A stretch of 64,000 nt of DNA from NCBI GenBank assembly GCA_008690995.1, contig VRMN01000014.1, forward strand, positions 62,001-126,000, given 5' to 3'. The position numbers were made by a program, and so were the translations under genes. This document shows, one piece after another, positions 1-9,975 of this stretch (positions within the stretch are counted from its first letter, which is position 1; each line of letters starts with the position of its first letter). The notes under the pieces were generated by a model that was not told the DNA's origin, made no database searches, and saw only the letters and a program-made list of their open reading frames with translations. The stretch comes from Porphyridium purpureum (taxonomy: Eukaryota).

Positions 1-9
1 ATATGCACG

Positions 10-2772
10 TTGGAAAATGTTGAAGAAGTGGTTCCCGAGCTTGACGGGAAAAATCAGAGCGTGGCTGCTTCGGAACACGAGTTGACTCACATGCCTATGC
101 AAAGAGACTGTGAGACGTGTGTCGTGGCGAAGATAAAGCGACGCCCGGCCCGAAGGCTGGAGAAAGATGTCAGTGCATTGTCATTCAATGATGAAGTCGG
201 AATTGACTTGGTGGAGCCTGGGCGAAATGTGAAGTCGGTAGATGGTTCAAAGTTTATTTTGACGCATATCGACAGAGCCACAGGATGGGTGACATTGGCG
301 GGGCTACGTGCGAAAACCCACACGGCGGTTGCGGACGCTTGGAAAAGTGTGCAAGCCGGGAGAGGATGGCCGAAGGTTTTGCGAACGGATGATGGGAATG
401 AGTTCAAGGGAGATGTGGGGAGACTGGTGCGTGAACACCTCATAAAGCACGAGGTGGGGATTCCGTACAGGCCAAACAGTCATGCTGAACAGGAGCGGTT
501 TCACCACACGCTGAATCAGGGAATCCGTGCGAATCTTGTGCAGGCCGGACTCGGGAAGCGTTGGTTCATGCACGCCGCGCAGCATTTTGCGTTCATGACG
601 AATAGACTTCACGTGGGCAGGAAGTCTGGAAAGACGCCGTTTGAATTACGACATGGTGAAAAATGGTCGCCGAGAAATCTTAGTTTGCCATTCGGGTGCA
701 AGGTGGTCTACAAAGATGATCAGCCTGACAATAAGTATGCACCGCGAGGAAAAGTTGGCATTCTCGTCGGCGTTGGAGAGCATCCGATGGCAATTTTGGT
801 GCTTCCTCGGGATGACTGGACGAGTGAGACCCCAAAAGTAATTCGCACTCAGGATTTTAAGGCATTTACCCATGAGTTCCCTTTAAAGGGAATTGAACGA
901 GAGGTGGTGAGCCTGAGCCAGCAGGAAGAGTTGCCAGAAGTGGACGAACCATCCGCGGTTGAAGCGGTGCAGGACTTGGATCGTCGTATCGATGCTCTCA
1001 GAGCTAGAGAAGCGGAGCTTGAGAAAGAGATCGAGGCATTGAAAGTGAGAGTGGTTGACGAAGAACGGGCAGCAGGCACGGGTGGTCCAGTGACGATCCC
1101 ACAGTTGAACTTAACGACTTTGCTGAAAACTGGAGCGGCGTTGGCGTCTGAGCAAGGACGAGCCGCGATGGAAAAAGAAGTCAAATCCATGCTGAAATTT
1201 GGGGTATGGGATGAGAGTCCCTTGACGCTGGAGGAGGCCCGGAGGCAACCTGGTGCTCGTTTCGTACGCACACATTTCATTTTCGGTCTGAAATTTGCTG
1301 AGATGCCGGAAGAATTTCGCAAGGTGAAGTGCCGCTTGGTGGCCGGGGGAAACAGGATATGGGGGTCCGATGGAGCTGCGACGAATGACATTTTTGATTA
1401 TGAGACGCCTGCTGGTTTGTCAGCTATCCGAATGATAATAGCTGTGGCTGCAATTCTGGGCCTTCAGATTGTTAGTTTCGACATCAGCTCGGCATACCTC
1501 CATGCGGACCTGTCTGGGCCACCTACGTTTGCATACTTACCGCGTGAAATTTGTGATTCAAAAGACACAGTAGTCAGGCTGAGAAAGGCGCTGTATGGCT
1601 TGCCCAGGAGCGGCTCGGATTTCTCACAAGATGCTCGGAGGAGATTGCAAAAGTTCCAGTGGAAGCTCGTGCATGGTGAAAAGAATGTGTACGTCCGGAG
1701 AAATGCTGCAAGTTCGTCAGTTGCGTTGTTGGCTCTGTACGTGGATGATGGTCTATTAGCCTGTCGAGAGGAGGAACGCCCAGGAATCATCGAAGAATTG
1801 AAACAAGAGTTTCTCATAGAAAAAGCACCAGAACTATTGACGGAAGGAGGATCCTTGAGATTCCTGGGGACGAGCATTTCCCTCAAAAATGGGAGCGTGA
1901 GTTTGGCGAATCAAGAGTATCAAGATGTGGTCATTCGGGAATTTGAGCAGGATATTAGACGCGTATTGCGTGCCGTGAAGTCACCATCTGAGAAGCTAGA
2001 TGGCGAGGAAGTTCTGAATTATCAAGTCATCTGGAAGACTTTGAAAGTAAGAGAACACGTCGGGAGGCTGATGTGGCTCGCCAGAACGGTTCGACCTGAT
2101 ATTGCGTATGCAGTCGGTATGATTGCCCGGTACGTTGACAAGTGGAATGTGGCAGCAGAAAGGCTGCTCGTACGAGTCGTGCAGTATTTGAAAACACCTC
2201 GGGAAGCATTGGAGTATCACGTGTTGGGGAATCTCAAGGAAGGCATCAGAGGGGTGAACATTCTTGGATACACGGATGCTGACTTTGCTGGTTGTCCAGA
2301 GAGTCGTGTGTCGACTTCTGGAAGAGCAACGTACTTAGTTGCTGGAGATTACAAGTACCTAGTGGATTGGTCTTCGAGAAAGCAGCGTTTCGTGAGCTCG
2401 TCGACTTCAGAGTCGGAGTTGGCTGCCCTAGAGGAAACTGTGCAACTCTCGTTGTTTCCTGCATTGTCTTTCTTGCGAAGTATACGTGACGGAGAGTTCT
2501 CGGTGATTTTGATGTGTGACAATCAAGCTGTGATGCGAGCAATAGAGATGGGGTACTCGCCAAAGTTGCATCATATGGCGATAACCCGAGCAACAGATTT
2601 GGCCTGGTTGCATCAGGTGTGCGAAAAGCAGAAACTTGTGAAACTGGCATTTGTGAAGACGGACGAAAATGTGGCGGACTTAATGACCAAGGCCTTATTT
2701 CCGGAGGGCCACATTAAGTGCTGGGAGAAGTTACGCGTCCCTCAGACCGGAAGGAGGAGCGTGGAATTTTAG
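10..2772 (+). mobile_element. Ty1/Copia LTR retrotransposon pol (integrase-RT-RNase H), 5' part outside the window, no stops or frameshifts
   Basis: 920-aa open frame in Copia domain order. Integrase zinc finger HELTHMP...CETC; core D(IDL)...D(RTDDGNEF)...E(QERFH). RT motifs KCRLVAGG, FDISSAYLHA, LRKALYGL, LYVDD. RNase H motifs YTDADFAG, SSSTSESE, CDNQA, NVADLMTK. Confidence 0.95.
2749..2761 (+). other. Polypurine tract of the Copia element
   Basis: GGAAGGAGGAGCG directly precedes the TG that opens the LTR. Confidence 0.75.
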
Positions 2773-3554
2773 GGTTCCGCCCCGAGAGACGCCGTAGGGT
2801 TTTGAGTACAAAACCCTAGAAAGTTCTATGATGAAAGATTGTTCGAGAAGCGTGATGATCTCGGACCTGCGAAATGTTTGTCATTGTCGTTTTGTGTGGC
2901 CTTGTGCAAAGGTCAAAGGCCGGCCGAAGCTTCTGGATTCGTTCTTGACGCGCCTTCCCGGCCATTTTTCGGATACGTGGCCGGCTGTGGTTGCGAGTTG
3001 TGGAACGAATCAAAACCTGTGGTGGAAATTCGTCCTGTTGGAGAAATTTGTTCTCCCGTCCTTGCTGGAAAGAGCAAGGACGAAGGGTATAAAAGGACGA
3101 AGGGGCAAGCTGGTTCCCAGGAATTTCCAGGTCAAGGTAGAAGAAGAGGTAAGGGCAAATAGAATAAAAAGAGAATTGGTTAGTTGGATTGAGGCAGTCG
3201 TTGGAAGACTTGGGTTGGATTTGCGGGAGAGGCACGCTAGCGTGTTGTGCGAGCGGATATCGGTCTGGAGTGTTTTTAAAAAGGCAGCTGGGGTTTAAAC
3301 GTACCTTCCATCACCCTTCACTTGTCAAGACCGGTCCACTCCCTCTCGTAGTCCCCTATAAGTTGAATTTTCTGTCCTCTCTTCCTTTCTAGCCACTTTT
3401 CTCTGATTGTCCTGCTTGTCCTTCCGTTCGTTTCGGTGTGTCGGTTCGTCGTCGGTTTGTCAGTTTCCGGGGTGTGGCGGTTTCCAGTTCCTGTTATCGG
3501 TGAAGCGATCCGGTTTTGTTGATTCGGTTACAAAGCAGAAAGGGAGAAATTCCA
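2762..3554 (+). repeat. 3' LTR (793 bp) of the Copia element
   Basis: Starts TGGAATTT right after the PPT and ends AAATTCCA (3547-3554), a perfect 8-bp terminal inverted repeat with TG...CA ends. TATA-like CCTATAAG near 3355. The next 5 bp (AGAGT) would be the TSD. The 5' LTR is outside the window, so the match cannot be confirmed. Confidence 0.75.
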
Positions 3555-4546
3555 AGAGTAAACCACCCTTTCACTATGTTTCAGTACGTTCACTATTTTA
3601 CAAATGCTCAAAGACACCTGCCTTCATTAATATCAAGCTAAGAAAAGCTTATTTGAGTACCACGACGCTCGTAAATTGTTCAAACTGGGTTGAATTCATA
3701 CTTTGGTTTCTGACAGGATAATATGACGGGAGGACCCAAGAGATTTACGGGTACAGTGGGTAAGAGCAGTCCTCGACCGAGTGGAGATGGAGCTAGGCCA
3801 GATGCAGCGTATTCAAGCAAGTAGCTTTCGAGCTTATCAAGCGCAAGAGCATCTTTGATCCATACCTGGACGAGTTCGTCTCACGTGAAGATAATCACAT
3901 GCGCTTCACGGGCGCGCCAGCTGACTAATCATGTATCGCGTGGCCGCGAGGTTTCGCGGTGAGAAGCTTGCGTTCTTGGGAATTGTTCAGCAGCACTACA
4001 ACCTGAGCAGGCCGTAATATGATCTTTACCATTCTGAACCTGATGGTCCTTTTGCGTACAAGACAGGCTGAGCTATCGCAGAAGACGCGCCCGATAACTA
4101 CCAATGCAAGCTTTGCGCTGGGGCAAACCAATGCGACGCATCTTCCGCCGCCAAGCTTAGAATTCCCTCACGCCTTCAGCTGCGTGCACCACCGCCGCAC
4201 CGCCTGTCGTATCGCCTCCCCCGTGTCGCGGCGAATTCGCGCCTATCCGATTCGCCGCACTGCGTTGGAACCGTTTGGTGTTTATAGTAAAACGCATTGC
4301 TTTAATATACACTATATTAAAAAAGAGGTCGTTTTACTATTGTACCCCACGGGAGACTTCAGCCGGCACGTGAAACGGCTGCGCGATTCAAATTTTCGAA
4401 ATTCTCGCGAGTCGAACCCAAATTCGGCGACCCGGCGCGGGCACGGGGCAAAGTGCGGGGCACGAGGCAGGGGCGTGGCGGTGCGCGCAGTGGTTTTGCA
4501 GATTGACCCGACGCACCCGAGCCGAAGCAGGCGGCTGCAAGTCAGC

Positions 4547-7500
4547 ATGGGCGCGGACGAGGATGATGTTGTACAGCAGGCCGCGGCGCTGCCGATGCCA
4601 CAGCGCCTGGCTCACAAGAACTGGAAAGTTCGCCAGAGCGCGTACGAGCACCTGGAAAGGACCTTCTCCTCAGCGTCTTCTTCTGGGTCGGTCGAAGAAC
4701 TGCAGCGGTTGCGCAGCGAGTACGCGCCGAGCGCGTCGAGCTGGGTGCGAGATGCCAACGCCGCAGCACAGTTGCAGGCCCTGGTCACGCTGGACGCGTT
4801 CGCTCAAGTGCTCGCCAGTGAGATCAAGCTGATGCTGCCGTCGTTTCAAGGATGGGACGAGATGGGCGCTTCCGGCATCTCAAAAATGGCAGACGATGTG
4901 GCGTCCGCGGTCTGCGACAAGGCACTCACCGCGCGCCCGCAGAACAAGCAGCGTGCATACAAGGTAATCGCCGAGCTCGTGTACGCCGAGTGCGGGAAAC
5001 CAGCTCTTGCCGGCATCTTCCGGTCTGGATTCAAAAGCAAGCAGCCAAAAGTCGTAGAAGGGGCTGTGCTACTGGTGCGACATGTGACGCAAACCTTTGG
5101 CACGCGCGCGCTGGACCTCGCTGTGCTGTTTGAATGTGTGCCCGCGCTTCTAGAACACTCTAATGCGGGCGTTCGTGACGCTGCCAAGAACTTGATGGGT
5201 GATGTTTTCAAGTACTTTCCGCACCGTGATGCCATGGTCGCTGTGCTGCGAGACTCCAAGGAAGCGACTCGAAAAGAAGTTGAGACTTTGATGGTGTCTA
5301 TTGACGAACAGCGGAGTTCTACCCCTTTTACACCCGAGCGGCGAACATGTGTCGACGAACATGCGGCCATCTCTGCCGAGGCTGGAAACGCGCACGAGTT
5401 GAACGTGGACGGCACCGTGAATGAGCACACCGTGCCAGCAGATGCGCCAGGTGACGGATTTGCTCTACTTCCACAGATCGATCTGCTCGAAAAGCTGCAA
5501 ACTGTTAAAATCGCTGCCGACGAAGACGTGATGGTCACTTTCCGTGCGGCCGTGGAGCACTCGAAGTGGAGTGTACGAAAGAATGCAATCGATAGTGCGA
5601 GTAGTATTTGCCAAGGCATGCGGCTGAAGCCAGACGCGGATTACTCTGAGCTTACGACGCTGTTGAAAAAAGGTGTCGCAAAAGATGTGAATATCAACGT
5701 GGCAGCCGCTGCATGTCAGTTAATCGAGGCGCTTGCACATGGTTTGCGCTCAGACTTTGATGGGCAGATGGCCAAGTCACTGTTTGTGGCACTCCTCGGC
5801 CGGCTCAAGGACAAGAACAAAACGCTTCTGAACGCCTTATCGCAAGCCTTGTTTACGCTTCATCATAGACACTGCGTCAGTCTGGACAGCGTGCATGCTG
5901 AACTGCTTGAAGCTTTCAGGGCGAAACAACCACAAATGCGCGAGCGTGCGGCGCTTTGGGTCGAGCAATGCCTGGGTACATATGAGCAGGACCATCCCCA
6001 GCGACAGCATGTGTCCGAAAGCTGCGCAGATGCCTGGTTCAAGCCTCTATTGTCTGCGTTGCTGAGCGCGATGGATGATTCGTCCAAGGAAGTCCGCGAT
6101 GCAGTGTTCAAAGCGCTGGCGCGTGTCCGTGCATGCTTTGGAGAGCGCGCCGTCGCGAACGGCTTTCACGATATGGACGTCACCAAGATGGCTCGCATCA
6201 CAGAGTTTGGCAAAGAGATGACCACCATGGAGCCGTCTGCATCTAGAATGCCGTCAAAAGCTCCGGCATCTACATCCACCACAACAAAGGCCTTGGGTGG
6301 TCCAGCGCAAATGGTGCTCCCACCGGAGCCTGCAACAGCACCTCGGTGCCGGTCCAACACAGTGCCAAAGAAAGGCCCGGAGAGAGCAGCCTCAGAGGTA
6401 GCACACGTGCCGTCATTTCATGCCAAACGAGTGGCGCGCTCGGACAACGGAACGCATGAACAGTCGTCACGGCACCTGACAAGCGCACACAAGGAAGATG
6501 CCCCAGTCACGAAAGCGGCGGCTTTGCCGAAAATGCGAACAGTCAGTAGCCGGCTTGACGCAGCGAAAAGCAGCTCTACAGGTGAAGTGGTCAGCGCGAC
6601 ATCAGGCCGACCTGGTCGCACGCTCCAGCAACAACGGAACAAGGGTTCTGGTCAGGTGAGGCCCATGCCAAGCACAGGGAGTGTTCCGGTGCACGCCAGG
6701 GATCGCTTGGTTCCATCCAGAAGGGTGGAGGTCGACATGCAGCAGACAACACCTGCGGACACCTTTGGGCCGCGTATGAAATGCATGCTGAAGGATCGGG
6801 AGTGGACAGTGCGAAAAGATGCGCTGGAATCTTTGCTTGCATGCGGGCAGACCCTTGAGCCGGGCCAGGTGGACGTCGACATGATGTGCAGCATATTGGA
6901 CATTCTTGTCGAGACATTTGAAGATGCAATCGCCGGAATCGCCTGCGATGCCTTTCACGCGGCGGGACTCATTGAGCCAATTGTGTTGCAGTCCGGCAGT
7001 GCAGGCGTGGCCAGTGGGCGAAAGGCGCTGCGTGCGGCGGTGCGGCGGCTTGGTGTTGAAAGCCGCGCACCCGTGCAAAGCGCTGCGTTAGATCTGCTTC
7101 AGACCTGCGTAAACAAGGGCGTTGATGTATCGTTCTTGTCCAGAGACCTGGAGCAGATAACGCGAGGTACGAATCCGACAGTACGACGCCTCGTTCTGGA
7201 GTGGCTGACACAATACGTAGCCGCAGTACCAGTATCATCCGGGAAATTCGGGGACGCGCTGACGAATCTGGTGCACGTTGCTTTCAACTGCTTCCGGGAC
7301 AAGCTCCCTGCGATTCGAAATTTGACGGTGAGCTTTTTGGTCGAGCTGAACAGCCATGTGCCCACGGAAGGCATTTTCAAGCTCGCGCACGGGCTGGATC
7401 CAATTGTGAGGCGCGAGGTGCTGCCATTCCTGGAGAGTACTCTCCGGACCAGGGATGGTAGTATCGGTCAAGGAATGCCGTCTCCGAAGCCTTCAGGCGG

Positions 7501-9559
7501 CATACGGAACTCGGGACAAGTGGCCGCAACCTGCGTGACACCATCTGTGTTTCGACGTGAAGCCATAATGACACCAGTTTCGAGCGCGAAGGAGGGGCAG
7601 AATACACGTCGTGTATCAGCGAATGGACGCCAGCGCATAGACCTTGATCTTGATGACCACGGCAGTACTCAGCGTGTCCCGAGCGCACATGCGTTTACCA
7701 CTCCAGAAGCTTCGCGTACTTGTCAAGTGCCGAGCGCGGCGGAAGCGTCGATCGCAGATGCGCACGAGACACCTGTTCTGGGGCTCCCGCCTCATCTTCA
7801 AAAGATCGCAGACGCTGCAATTTCATTCAAGACGCCCGACACTGTGCGCAAGCGGCTGGACTCGGACATGCTCGAAGGGAACAGTGTCGAGCGAGAAACA
7901 GCGCTGGCGCGCAAGACGGTTGCACCAACGATTGAGATGGAGGTGCAGAGTCTCTTGCTCGATTTGAGCAATGAGAACGTGTCGCTTGAGAAGCAGCACA
8001 TTGCCATGACGAAACTGGGCAAGTATCTCAAAGTTGGCAATCCACAGGCGATTGCGAAAGCAGGAACCATTGTTCGAGTTATGTGCACACAAGTAGAGCT
8101 TAAAATCTCCGAGGTGGTTGCGGATCCGCAAGGCGGAACGCCTGAAATGGTTCGATCGGTCTTTGTGCCCTTGAAAGGGTTTTTGTCGCTCTTTCAAGAG
8201 CATGTCATACGTGCTCTGGACGTTGGAGCTTTGCATGCAACCATGGAGCTTTTGGTACAGGAACTGGCAACCAAGCGAGCCGAGGCGATCAAGGAAAGGG
8301 GACCAGAATTTCACCGTGCTTTTGTGCAGGTGACGATGGCGCTTGTCGAAAGGGCAAACCGCACCAAGCTGTATTCAGTCCTGCTCTTGATGTTGGGCGC
8401 GCTTGTGACGGAAGGGAACCAGGGCAGACGTAAGGGAGCTGGCAGTACGAGTTGTCATGCACTGTCACGCCGCCTCGGCATTTTGCTCAAGCTACTCGTT
8501 CAGACACGCAAACAGGGCCTGACAAACAAGGGCACAGATGTGGTGGAGGCAGAGTGCATTTTGCGTGACGTGCACTACTTTTTTTTGGCGCATCCGCTGG
8601 TCCCAAATCTGGCGCGCGCAGATGACTTGTTGCCCCGAGCGCATCGGGCTGTCGTCGAACTGGTAGCTGATCTGGTTACGACCTATCGGGAATCTATTTG
8701 GAGTAAGGTCAGTCTCCTTCCGTCCCGGCAGAGTGTGCCTTTGTGCACCACCGTGCTTCTCCTTGAGATGATGTCGGACAAAATGAATGCCGGTCCTGCG
8801 GACTGGCGATTCTCGGAAAAAGATGTTTGCACCTGGATGGAGCTCGCCGGTGCGCCACTACCGGTCACCGATGACGAGAAGGAAAACTCTGGTGTACGGC
8901 CCCAAGACGCGGAAAGCGGTATCAGATTTTCTTATCGTGCGGAAAAGAATGGATCCGCGCTTGGACCCCTTGGTACAGAACAACGAGAGAAAGTTGAGGC
9001 GCATGCACAGTTTAATGCGATATGCTCGCGCCTTGGTGGGCCTGAGACAGACTTCCACTTCTGGGAAGATCTTGTGCGCTTCCAAAAGGAACACCCGACC
9101 TTTGACTGTGAGAAGCGTGTGGGACAAGCGTCTGCAGCGTTTCAGCACCGATGGCGAGAAGTTCTTCGGTTCAAAGGTGGCAGTCAACAGAACGTCGCTT
9201 CGCGTGCGGACATGAAGCGCGAAGAGGCATTGCTCACGCAAGCAGTAGAGGACCTGGGTAAGTCCTTTTCTTTAACGAGCATCTGTCCAGAGAAGCCCAA
9301 GCTCGCGGCTGGAAGCATTGCGGTCGACGCGGTGGATCTCGTAAGGGCATCCATATCTGACCCCATGACTGGCGAGGATACGGCAGAACTCGCTTGTGCC
9401 AAGTCAAGTGCTTCTCATGCATCCGGAGGTATCATGCCACAGACTGAACGCGAAGGAGCGGCGCCGATCGACATGACAATTGAAGAGCGCGAAGCCCGGC
9501 TGCGAAAGCTTGAAGCTCAGACTGCACAAGCGGCCCGAACTCCGCTTCCTGTGGACTAA
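4547..9559 (+). CDS. MOR1: TOG-domain microtubule polymerase, XMAP215/ch-TOG/MOR1 family
   Basis: Likely start MGADEDD at 4547. TOG1 LPMPQRLAHKNWKVRQSAYE; TOG2 HSKWSVRKNA...KDVNINVAAAA...RLKDKNK; further HEAT/TOG repeats (DREWTVRKDAL, FRDKLPAIR); S/K/R-rich linker. Confidence 0.88.
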   Translation: MGADEDDVVQQAAALPMPQRLAHKNWKVRQSAYEHLERTFSSASSSGSVEELQRLRSEYAPSASSWVRDANAAAQLQALVTLDAFAQVLASEIKLMLPSFQGWDEMGASGISKMADDVASAVCDKALTARPQNKQRAYKVIAELVYAECGKPALAGIFRSGFKSKQPKVVEGAVLLVRHVTQTFGTRALDLAVLFECVPALLEHSNAGVRDAAKNLMGDVFKYFPHRDAMVAVLRDSKEATRKEVETLMVSIDEQRSSTPFTPERRTCVDEHAAISAEAGNAHELNVDGTVNEHTVPADAPGDGFALLPQIDLLEKLQTVKIAADEDVMVTFRAAVEHSKWSVRKNAIDSASSICQGMRLKPDADYSELTTLLKKGVAKDVNINVAAAACQLIEALAHGLRSDFDGQMAKSLFVALLGRLKDKNKTLLNALSQALFTLHHRHCVSLDSVHAELLEAFRAKQPQMRERAALWVEQCLGTYEQDHPQRQHVSESCADAWFKPLLSALLSAMDDSSKEVRDAVFKALARVRACFGERAVANGFHDMDVTKMARITEFGKEMTTMEPSASRMPSKAPASTSTTTKALGGPAQMVLPPEPATAPRCRSNTVPKKGPERAASEVAHVPSFHAKRVARSDNGTHEQSSRHLTSAHKEDAPVTKAAALPKMRTVSSRLDAAKSSSTGEVVSATSGRPGRTLQQQRNKGSGQVRPMPSTGSVPVHARDRLVPSRRVEVDMQQTTPADTFGPRMKCMLKDREWTVRKDALESLLACGQTLEPGQVDVDMMCSILDILVETFEDAIAGIACDAFHAAGLIEPIVLQSGSAGVASGRKALRAAVRRLGVESRAPVQSAALDLLQTCVNKGVDVSFLSRDLEQITRGTNPTVRRLVLEWLTQYVAAVPVSSGKFGDALTNLVHVAFNCFRDKLPAIRNLTVSFLVELNSHVPTEGIFKLAHGLDPIVRREVLPFLESTLRTRDGSIGQGMPSPKPSGGIRNSGQVAATCVTPSVFRREAIMTPVSSAKEGQNTRRVSANGRQRIDLDLDDHGSTQRVPSAHAFTTPEASRTCQVPSAAEASIADAHETPVLGLPPHLQKIADAAISFKTPDTVRKRLDSDMLEGNSVERETALARKTVAPTIEMEVQSLLLDLSNENVSLEKQHIAMTKLGKYLKVGNPQAIAKAGTIVRVMCTQVELKISEVVADPQGGTPEMVRSVFVPLKGFLSLFQEHVIRALDVGALHATMELLVQELATKRAEAIKERGPEFHRAFVQVTMALVERANRTKLYSVLLLMLGALVTEGNQGRRKGAGSTSCHALSRRLGILLKLLVQTRKQGLTNKGTDVVEAECILRDVHYFFLAHPLVPNLARADDLLPRAHRAVVELVADLVTTYRESIWSKVSLLPSRQSVPLCTTVLLLEMMSDKMNAGPADWRFSEKDVCTWMELAGAPLPVTDDEKENSGVRPQDAESGIRFSYRAEKNGSALGPLGTEQREKVEAHAQFNAICSRLGGPETDFHFWEDLVRFQKEHPTFDCEKRVGQASAAFQHRWREVLRFKGGSQQNVASRADMKREEALLTQAVEDLGKSFSLTSICPEKPKLAAGSIAVDAVDLVRASISDPMTGEDTAELACAKSSASHASGGIMPQTEREGAAPIDMTIEEREARLRKLEAQTAQAARTPLPVD

Positions 9560-9975
9560 GTTGTCCATCCGCGCTTTCGCAGAGCCAGCCGAAGAGAGGC
9601 TTGGTCAAAAGTAAATCTTCGCTCTCTGCTCGTGGCCAGACGACAGCCTTGTGTGGGGTTGACTCCGGGATGAGTAGGCATCATTTCCACATTCATGGTT
9701 CCGTCTCCTTCTCCTGGCTCTGTGGGCTCTTTTTTCTCTTCCTTTCCCGGCTAGATGCGGACGTGTTATTCGCCAATGAAATTGGCGAGATTCCTTCGCG
9801 TGTAGGGGAATGGATAGTGTTCGATTGACAATGGAAATGACAGCTCGCTGCGACCATGCATCTTTCCCTCCCCGCGGAAACGCGCTCGTGACGAGAGAGC
9901 TGTATTTCGCAAAGATACATTCGCACTACACGCACGAAACGTACGACATTTCTCCTGAAATAAATGATCTTTGTT

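Noticed and set aside
4019..4546. N-terminal extensions of ORF-track calls (XMAP215 from 4019; likewise Spt20 14349, NIPA 28664, ASS1 30771, CBM25 33767, RPB7 39011)
   Set aside because: Family similarity starts at downstream ATGs; the extensions run through promoter or UTR sequence.
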